Part shown: in pieces, positions 1-8,206 of the stretch
Numbering within the stretch: position 1 is the stretch's first letter
How the letters are laid out: the number at the start of each line of letters is the position of its first letter
Origin: Thalia democratica
Taxonomy: Eukaryota
Assembly (NCBI GenBank): GCA_965202585.1
Contig: OZ241829.1
Location: 68,882,001 to 68,946,000 of the forward strand
Direction: 5' to 3'
DNA length: 64,000 bases
Program-made: the position numbers and the translations under genes
The notes under the pieces: model-generated
What the model was told of the DNA's origin: nothing
What the model saw: the letters and a program-made list of their open reading frames with translations, nothing else
Databases searched by the model: none

Positions 1-351
1 TTTTTAGAATATAGTTTTATTTAACTTAAATACTTATAAGAACAAAAAAGATTTTGTAACACACCGTAATACTTAACTAAAAAAAGTTGTAAATTTTTGT
101 CTAACATTTATTTAGAGTTGTTTACTTAAATAAAACTTCTGGTTTTATGGCAATTCAAATTCCGACAACAATTCAAATTAACAAAAAGAAAAACTTAATT
201 AAATGCCAGAACTCAAAAAATAATAAATATTTGGAAAAATTTTAAATGTGTAGGTAGGTTTAATTGATATGTGCAAAAAAATTATTATTTTTTACTTTTA
301 TAGAACGAGGAAAAAGTAAAATGTTGTGAAGTTCAAGACTTTTGTTTTTAC

Positions 352-419
352 ATATTGCAGCCTTCGAGCATTTTTGTAGCAAAATTTTTTTTTTACTTAT
401 AAAGGATTGCCGACCCCTG
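352..419. mobile_element. Terminal fragment of a hAT (Charlie-like) element (also ~18547-18563, 36692-36708, 54695-54711)
   Basis: aggattgccgacccctg (403-419) is the reverse complement of CAGGGGTCGGCAATCCT, the classic hAT terminus, preceded by a gcagccttcgag subterminal-like motif. No partner end found. Confidence 0.55.
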
Positions 420-2874
420 CCTAATTTTTAGTTTAGTAATGCTCAACTGGATGATATAAACTAAATAGTTTGGTGCATAAATGAATAAATTATTTTAACT
501 TCATTGTTTGCTTTTATTTTCAATTTTATTAAAGATTGTTTGCTGGAGTTTTTTCTAACAATGGCACTTAAAAAACAATCAGCTGACATATAAATTATTT
601 TGAAATGTTACGACTGTAACATATAAAGATAATAAGACAAAATATTATAAAACAATATATAACTTTAAACTTTATAGTTATACACGTTTTGCATAACAAG
701 TAATTTTAGTCTTAGTTTAAATAAAATCACTACATTGTTAAAAAGTTGTTAGCTTTTTTATTTAATAACTGATTATTTCAAACATTACATTTATATTATG
801 GTTTTTACCAAAATTAAACTAAACTATGGTAAATAAATACAGTCATTTAACAGTTTTAGGAATAAAACAGCAAGTTTTATTTTATCTTCTATAATTCTTC
901 ATTTTTTTAAAAATGTGAAAAAACAATCAATTAAGTTTAAACAGAACTTTTTACTTATAATGATTAGTTTATTTTTATCAAAAAAAAAGTTAATTGAATT
1001 TGAATTAGTCTCAATTGTAATTTAAATCTAAATTTTTAGTACATTTTCTTATGCTTGATTATGGAGTTTCTCATAACTCGTTTAGCTTGATGTTTAAACT
1101 GAATATATAAAGTTTACAAGGTTACTAGCGCACGTACAGTAAAATACTTATTACTATTACTTATATTACTATCATATTACTAAAATATTTCAAGTTTAAA
1201 ACTTTTAGTTAGTTTATTTAATAAGCTATAAGAAAAGTTTTATATAAACTTGAATTATTTATAAACTTAAGTATTATCAAAAGAGATTTCAGTTCTGATT
1301 GAAACTTTGTGAAATAATAATTAATATAAGTTACTAGTATGGTAATTTAGGTTACCAAAAAAAATACTGGCAACAAGTAAGCCCAACCCGAGTCCCCGGA
1401 TTTGAACAATGAATATTAAACCATGATACTATTGTTTTACACGTAAAATTTCGTATTTATTATTAAACTTCAGAGTAAACAAAGTAAACTAAAATGTGCC
1501 CTTGAAGGGTGCTAAAAGACCGTGAAACACAGTCATCAATCGCAGATATGTACTAGAGTTTTAATTAAAGGTCTTAATTTAAATTAATGTATTACAATTT
1601 TCTACTTTTTTGATTATATTTATTTTTTTGAAAGTTTCTATTTTTAGTTTATTAACACAAGGCTACTATACTTTTCACTTAAAATAAGCTTAGAAAGAAG
1701 ACAAAGCTGCTCATTTTACATAAAACATTAACGCAAATATTGATATTTGAAAAAATTTCCATTCAAAAGTTGCATAGGTAGTTCAAATATACTTTTTAAT
1801 ACTTTTTTTTTGTTTAAAACAAACAGTAAAAAAGTACTTATTTAATGTTTTTATTATCAAAAGTTTTAATTTTTTTATTAAGCAAAATTTGGATTTATCA
1901 AGCTTTAATTAACTTTTATAACAAAGTACGTGTAAATTTTACTACTTTTTGTTATAAAATGCTTATAAATATAAGTCATTTTTAAAATATTAATTTTGAG
2001 TCATAACGACAGTTAATTTAAAAGTACTTTTGGAAAATTTTAAAGTAAATAAGAGTTAAGGTTGTCATTTTTGCATATTGACAGTAAAAATCGACGTAAT
2101 AAACTAATCCTTCTTTTTAAGATCAAACTAATAGTGCAGAAACTTAAAGTTTAAATTTTTCAGCGAAAAAACTAAAGATGGATGATAAGTATTGTCTTTT
2201 GCTTAATATCTAAAATATTAATAAGTTACTGATAAAAAGCGCAAACTAGTTAAAAGAATCTATTTTGATAAAGACCGAATAAAGTACTAATAAATAATAA
2301 CGATCTAGTTAGTATATTTTAATATGAATAAAATAGTATTTTAGTTCTGATGAAACTTTGTGACAGCGTAAATTTTATAAATGACTTGTATAGTATATCA
2401 AGTTAAGTATACTAATATTAAATATACTTATAATAAATATAATATAAATAAAGTTAAATATACTTAAATAAAATTGAGCAAAAAGTGACCCAAACAGCTA
2501 GTTTTCAACGCACAGACTTCAACCGCTACACTATCGTTCCACAGTCGCATATACTAACTTTTAAAATATCAACTCAACTTTCTATTTTTTTTATCTTTTT
2601 ATGTTCAAAACTTATTTGTTTTTTACTTAGCAATAATATACAAATGGACTATTGTTTGAACTGTTTTAAAAGTGATTATTTTTTCATCAACATGTTTGAA
2701 AAGTTTCTGCTAGTTTGAAGTTTAAAACTTATACAGCTTTTATACTTCATGAAAACACATTAACTAAAGTTTTACTTTTGTAAAGTTTCGAAATAGTTTT
2801 AACTCTTTATATATTTTAGTCATTATGTTGCATAATAACTGAATTTAAGAGTAAACACAACTAACAAAAAATGT

Positions 2875-2946
2875 GTTCAATATGGGATTCGAACCTAGTA
2901 CTAAATGATTGAATGATGTAGCTTCCTACCGCTGTGCTACGAGAAC
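2875..2946 (-). mobile_element. tRNA-derived SINE head / tRNA-like relic 1 (copies ~20972-21043, ~39071-39140, ~57088-57160)
   Basis: Minus strand has A box TAGCACAGCGG and B box GGTTCGAATCC at tRNA-like spacing. No clean cloverleaf; the B box is mutated in units 2 and 3. Confidence 0.6.
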
Positions 2947-3283
2947 TTTTGATTCTGATGCTTAATTTAATAATATATATTATATTTTATATCTTTTTTG
3001 CTTATTTTTATATCATATTTTTTAGTTTAATTAGTAATAAAGTATCTTCCTAATAAAGTATGCTTAGCAAAACTTCAAAAAGTTTTATTGTCAACTACGG
3101 CAAAAGACAACGACGATGTTCAAATGTCAATCTTAGTAGGTTTGCTTTTTTAATAAAATAGTATTTTTGCGACTTAAAATGAACAAAGTTATATGGTTAA
3201 TATTAAATATTAAGTGATAATCATCTAACAAGTATTGTTCAAGTAATCAACGTAAAAATTAATTTTAACAAGAAGGAAGAAAA

Positions 3284-3354
3284 GCATGGCACTACCAAGG
3301 TTCGAACCCACTACGTCTGCAGTTCCAACCTGACGCTCTACCGACAGAGCCATT
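3284..3354 (-). mobile_element. tRNA-derived SINE head / tRNA pseudogene 2 (copies ~21379-21449, ~39485-39553, ~57505-57572)
   Basis: Minus strand reads TGGCTCTGTCGGTAGAGC (A box with a GCTC/GAGC D-stem) ... GGTTCGAACC (B box); anticodon and T stems are degenerate. Confidence 0.62.
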
Positions 3355-4586
3355 TGAGTTCTTATAATTGCTACTGATTTTGACTTTGTATACTTGATTA
3401 TCTAAATTTAAATGTTTTAAAAATATATTGCAAAAATAGCAAATTTATTTCGTTAATTGATTCTGAATAAGCTCATGCCAGTTTTAATACTTTGGATTTA
3501 ACACTTTCTTTCATACGTTAGCTTTGTATAAAACTAAACGAACTACAACTGTTCAAAATTAATTAAGCTGTGTTTAATGTGTTGCTTTAACCTTAAAGTT
3601 TTATTCTATTTATAGTCAGAAAGAAAAATTATTTTAAATTCGTGAAGAATACTAGTTTTCGTAGTTTTTTCTCACTACTCAGCAATATACATCTAACTAG
3701 TTTACTGTTCAGCTCTTCTTAAGTAAGGAAATACTACTTATTTATAACTTCATTTAAGTATATAAAGACAATATGAACAGTATTAAATGCAAAAAGAAAG
3801 TTTATTCCTTATTGGGTTTTGGTTTAATGCGTTCGAGTCTTAAAAAAAACTTTTAGAATGTATTTGAAAATTGCAACGAAATTTAAAATGATGTGAACTA
3901 ACTGATATAATGACTTTTTAGGTTGCTAGTATTAGTGAAACTAAGCGATACTACAAAAAGAGAAAACAGATAGCTTTTAGAAATTTACAATTAAATGACA
4001 CTTTTTGACCTTTTATCAAACAAGTATGTTGAACAAACGGTTTATAGGCTAAACGTAAACTAGATGAAACTATCAGTAAGTCAATAAGTTCATATAAATA
4101 TCAAACATACTTTTTTTTACACGAAAAGATACTACAATTTATTTTTATATCTTAGAAAATTACATGCTTTCAAAGTTATTTATCAAACATTTATTTTAGT
4201 TTTTAAGTAAGAAAATTAAAAACTAAACTTTGCTTATACTTTACTTTCTAGTAATAAATAGTAAAAACCATTTGATTTAAACTTAATTTAAAACAAATGT
4301 TATGAAATTCTTAGGTTTTTTAAGCTCAAACTAAACAAAAAGTATGCAGAATTTATCTGCATTTTGATTGAGTACACGTTTTATATTTTATTACTTGTTT
4401 TGTATTAAAACTTAAAACGAATGTTCTTGAGACTTAACTTTTATTACATGCGGTATATCAAGTAAAATATGTATAAAACCGTTTACTTCAAAGTAGCTTC
4501 AAAGTAGTTGAGGTTCTAACTTGAAAAAAAAAATATCTACGTCCTGCATGATTAGGCATAAAATTAAAAATAAAAATTTTCAACCG

Positions 4587-4604
4587 CTGGGTGGCGCCAC
4601 CTAG
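4587..4604. other. GC-rich palindrome CT(G/A)GGTGGCGCCACC(T/G)AG inside a small GC island (also 22682-22699, 40805-40822, 58822-58839)
   Basis: Perfect 12-bp palindrome GGTGGCGCCACC in all four units; the consensus across units is an 18-bp perfect palindrome, CTAGGTGGCGCCACCTAG. Confidence 0.8.
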
Positions 4605-4977
4605 TCGAAGACTTCTCCAGAGATTGCACAATGGCCGTTCTAAAAAAATTTAAAATTAGAAAAATTTACTTGTTTTTTCACCACTTGGTGTCTCTGCGAC
4701 CATACCATCCCTATCCCCCACCCACCAACCCCTTACATTTAGCCTTGACTCATACTGAGCGAAACTTTCTTTTTCACTAAAATTAACTATGTACGTAATA
4801 TACCCTTCCAAATGCGTTTTTTACTTTCAACTAAATTTTCTAATTTTTTGTTACTATGCAAACTGTATAAGTAAAAAAAAAACAAAACATTTTGTTATTG
4901 TACAATAGTATATGTATTATAGATTTTATCATCCAGATAAAACAACTTTGTTAAACTAAGACTTTTTTATTGTTATT

Positions 4978-5100
4978 ATGTATTGTGAATATGAAGAAGG
5001 TGTTTGGGATGAGCAAGATGAAGACGCTGATGATGCTGAAAACTGTACAAGTGATAGAGATGATGGTCAAATAAGAAATCGTCAGTTTTCTCTGTTTTAA
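4978..5100 (+). pseudogene. Solo acidic-tail copy of the A/B/C family (40-codon mini-ORF MYCEYEEGVWDEQDEDADDAENCTSDRDDGQIRNRQFSLF); remnant of a 4th paralogue or a micropeptide
   Basis: Matches the last ~40 codons and the 3' flank of gene A; the GC-rich core is absent; in-frame ATG at 4978. Confidence 0.8.
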
Positions 5101-5230
5101 ACAGCAACAACTTCTGATGTACTTGTGAAACTAAACGTTGTTTACTAGGTTAAGAAAATAATTTTTTGTGACATTTTCAGTTTTGTTAATTAGAGTTATT
5201 TAAGAATTTTGCATGTGTGAGATTTTGTTT

Positions 5231-5976
5231 TACTACGGTGCTTGTTTACTTGGGCAATATGTTTCTGTAAATATGTGCGGATAAGTAAAATAAATCTTTC
5301 ATTCTTTCAAATTATATAACTGCTGTATGCTGTGCAATCCGTATTATGTAATAAAAGTTCAGCTCCTCCTTTTGTGCTTTAAACTTCTCTTCACTTTTCA
5401 AAATGTCGTACAAAGTTGACCTGCCTATGCTAAACAGCTCCATTATAAAAAACTTTGGCATGTTGCTTTTTACCATTTTACAAGCTTCTAGTTTATTTTC
5501 AATGGTTAGTGCAACTAGTTTTCTTTTTTTGATGTCTTGTCCATTTCTAAGACCTAGTATATTAAGTGTTTCAAACTTATATAACTTTAAAATTAAAAAA
5601 AAAATTGTTACTCATCGTAAACAAAAAGGGTTTGAATTAACAGCTTTCAAAATATAGTTGGAATTAAAAACTAACAAAAAAGGTCTGTTATATATTTAAT
5701 TTCTAAAAAAACTTAGAGTTTAATCAACTACAAAAAAAACTTTAAAAGATTAAATTAAAAACTTTAAGTCATATTTCAAACATCATTGATTTAAACAAAA
5801 TTTGAATGTAAGCCTTAGAAGAATGGTTACGTCATAATAATGAACTAAATTAAAGACTTTATAAAATCACACAAATTTTTATACAGCATGAAAGCTTAAA
5901 TGTTTGTGTTTAATTTTTTTTTTTGAATTTTCTTATTGACTAAAACTGTCCGGATAAGTGAATAAGCACTGTACTG
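5231..5976 (-). mobile_element. Internally deleted Tigger/pogo-like DNA transposon (CENP-B/HTH_psq N-terminal remnant) with ~30-bp TIRs
   Basis: The minus strand encodes KKRKLVALTIENKLEACKMV...FSIGRSTLYDILK, typical of the pogo/Tigger N-terminal HTH, frameshifted relative to its ATG (MDKTS). The right end, actgtccggataagtgaataagcactgtactg (5945-5976), is an inverted copy of the left end, which is partly deleted in units 1/2 and more complete in units 3/4. Confidence 0.75.
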
Positions 5977-6039
5977 AAATTAACGTTTTTTTAACACCTT
6001 GTTCTTATTTACCAGGGTTTAAAAACAGATCGTATGAAT

Positions 6040-6892
6040 TTTCAGCTTTGTTGGTACATTGATTTTTTGCTGTGTTTGTGTAACACCACAATTAAACATG
6101 TTTAATATTTTGTTAGTTGTACAGTAGTATTTTAAAATTTTCATCATCCAGGTCAAAAATTGTTTGGTAAACTCACTTTTTTATTTATTTCATGTTTTGT
6201 TACAAGTTGTTAGATAAACAAAACACTAATATTTAATTATCTTTTCTTTGTTTTTCAAAAAAATACTTATATGTAAATAACTTTATACTCTTTTAACAGC
6301 TATATGTTTTTTAATGTAATAATTTTTAGCTATTTGCTATCGTATTGAATAAGTTTTATATATTATATATGTTAATCTATCAAACAACTATCACTTATAA
6401 CTTGTATTTAAAATTTTTCTATTTTAATAATTTACTCTTGCTGTTATTAGTAAACATTTCTAATAAAAATTATAAAAATAATGTTAAGTTAATAAAAACA
6501 ACAGTTTTAGAACAATACTTCTGCTTCAACTATTGTTTGAACAAGTAATGTTAACAACTAACTTTACTTCTAAACAAAATATTTTTTTTTAGTCTACCTA
6601 CTTTTTTCTCATAACTTTTTCGAACTTTATTGTCTGAAACTCATGATACTTTTATGGTAAAATATTTTTACGTAGATGTTTATGTTAGTTGTAATAAGAC
6701 TGCTAGTGCAAGTTATTGATATAAAAAAACAGTAGCATTCACGTTACTTTTATTTTATTCATAAAATGATGTTAAACATTAAGCTTTTCAAATATTCTTT
6801 TTAACACGTAAACACCAAAATAAATTTATCAACTTCTTTAATTGTTCATTATCTAACCAACAGATAAAAAAACAAACAAGGTAAATAAAATA
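6040..6892 (+). repeat. Spacer upstream of A, paralogous to the A-to-B spacer (8225-9061)
   Basis: Shared blocks: taacacca, tgtacaatagta/tgtacagtagta, atccag, aactaactttac, aaactcatga, taataagact, ttattgatataaa, aaccaacag..aaacaaacaa..taaataaaataATG. Confidence 0.8.
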
Positions 6893-8053
6893 ATGAAAAA
6901 AAGCTGCATCGCAACGCTGGGAGCTTACCTGCTCAGCAAAAAGACGAACTGCAACTTATTTCCGCAAGGTGTCCTCGCTCGCTCAGATGTAAGTGCCGTA
7001 GACGGCAACTGCGGTCCGCCCGCCAAGCTAGAACCGACGCTTGAGAACATCAGGGACAACCCCTTGAAAGTGAGGCTCTACCGCAAGCCCGCCATTAATA
7101 TCAATCAGCTGACATCGATGCTATTGCACGAGTGCACAGACGAGGACCGCCAGGAACCGTGGGACGTGGGAAGCTGGAACAAAGACTGGGACGGGCTGAA
7201 TACCATCCAACGCCCCAGTTATATGATGGATGATTATAGCAGACATCTGCACCTCCTCGCAAAGGAAGAAAGCGAAAACGGCGAGAGGACTGCCAGAGGC
7301 GCTGATCAGGAAGCGGCGAACCGGAAGCGGGAGCAAATACAGAAAGGGGACTTCACATACCAAATGCACAATCCAAACGCGGTTCGAGAACGACCGGACG
7401 ATTTTTACAAGGATGTGACGGGATTCCCGGTGAACCGGATGGACCCGCCGCATTCTGACGTCACAGTGCCGCGCGGCCACGACGCCAGAGCGGATTTTTG
7501 GGTGATGGAGCACGCCTTCCGCAAAATTTGCTACCGTCACATTTTCGAAAGCGAAGAGACAACCCACTCAACAAGATATGACTATTACCTTTCCGTTCCA
7601 AAGAATCTGGTTGCTTACATTGTGCAGAGGCTCATGCAGTTCCCGCCGGAAACCTTCGGCAGGTTCAGGATCAGCGACGGGTCGCACACCCACGTTAGTA
7701 TCAATTACAACGGGGTGCCACATGTTGTCATCATTGGAGAGACGAGTCACCTGCAAGATGAGTACATGGCCCGCAACCATGACTTCGACCGCGGATTGGC
7801 CGATATTGGCCTGGACGTTCCTGTAGCTACAGACGAAGATCATGGCGGAGGAAGGCAAAACTCTCCTCAAAACGGGCATGGCCATGACGAAGGTCGCATG
7901 AATGATTTCCAAGATGATTTAGATAATGATGATTCATATTGTGAAGAAGAAGGTTTTTGGGATGAGCAAGATGAAGACGCTGATGATGATGAAAACTGTA
8001 CAAGTGATAGAGATGATGGTCAAATAAGAAATCGTCAGTTTTCTCTGTTTTAA
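6893..8053 (+). CDS. Orphan-family paralogue A (386 aa), intronless; GC-rich core plus acidic tail ending RQFSLF
   Basis: Long ORF starting exactly at the AT-to-GC transition, with aaataATG context. Strong third-position bias (46/69 of the first codons end in G/C). ORF intact in all 4 units, with synonymous differences between copies. Two paralogues lie downstream. Product not recognised. Confidence 0.88.
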   Translation: MKKSCIATLGAYLLSKKTNCNLFPQGVLARSDVSAVDGNCGPPAKLEPTLENIRDNPLKVRLYRKPAININQLTSMLLHECTDEDRQEPWDVGSWNKDWDGLNTIQRPSYMMDDYSRHLHLLAKEESENGERTARGADQEAANRKREQIQKGDFTYQMHNPNAVRERPDDFYKDVTGFPVNRMDPPHSDVTVPRGHDARADFWVMEHAFRKICYRHIFESEETTHSTRYDYYLSVPKNLVAYIVQRLMQFPPETFGRFRISDGSHTHVSINYNGVPHVVIIGETSHLQDEYMARNHDFDRGLADIGLDVPVATDEDHGGGRQNSPQNGHGHDEGRMNDFQDDLDNDDSYCEEEGFWDEQDEDADDDENCTSDRDDGQIRNRQFSLF

Positions 8054-8183
8054 ACAGCAAAAACTTCTGATGTATTGGTGAAACTGAACTTTGTTTACTA
8101 GGTTTTAAAAACAATTTTTTGTGACATTTTTAATTTTGTTAATGAGAGTGATTTAAGGATTTAGCATATGTGAGATTTTATTG

Positions 8184-8206
8184 CAGTACAGTGCTTATCC
8201 ACTTAT
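8184..8206. mobile_element. Isolated TIR stub of the same Tigger-like element, downstream of gene A (recurs in each unit)
   Basis: cagtacagtgcttatccacttat is a 22/23 match to the reverse complement of the right TIR at 5945-5976. Confidence 0.65.

Noticed and set aside
2485-2718. AT-rich short ORFs (2485, 6345, 12666, 20967, 37916, 40915, 51891 and copies)
   Set aside because: Low-complexity F/L/I/K/N/Y composition, non-ATG or weak starts, and frameshifts or length changes between units; consistent with chance ORFs in AT-rich DNA.
3284-3354. Functional tRNA gene
   Set aside because: Anticodon and T stems do not pair properly and the sequence drifts between units; called a SINE head/pseudogene instead.
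5403-5657. 84-aa plus-strand ORF (MSYKVDLPML...)
   Set aside because: It is the antisense of the Tigger HTH remnant, and its length varies between units (84/64/62 aa, broken in unit 4).
6893-6990. Signal peptide at the N-terminus (MKKSCIATLGAYLLSKK)
   Set aside because: The hydrophobic stretch is only ~10 residues and is followed by KK, with no clear cleavage motif; cannot be supported without a predictor.
7121-7912. Long minus-strand ORFs overlapping A/B/C (148, 114, 164, 119 aa etc.) and short alternative-frame plus ORFs
   Set aside because: They are in-register antisense shadows expected from a GC3-rich sense ORF. They are broken by stops at different places in different paralogues, and their amino-acid changes follow the sense frame's synonymous changes.
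6988-8058. Idea that the GC core is an intron/exitron (GAT|GTAAGT donor near codon 32 and ttttctctgtttt..AG acceptor at the gene end)
   Set aside because: The putative downstream exon would be in different frames and give unrelated short peptides in A, B and C, whereas the unspliced ORF is conserved in frame. Kept only as a caveat.
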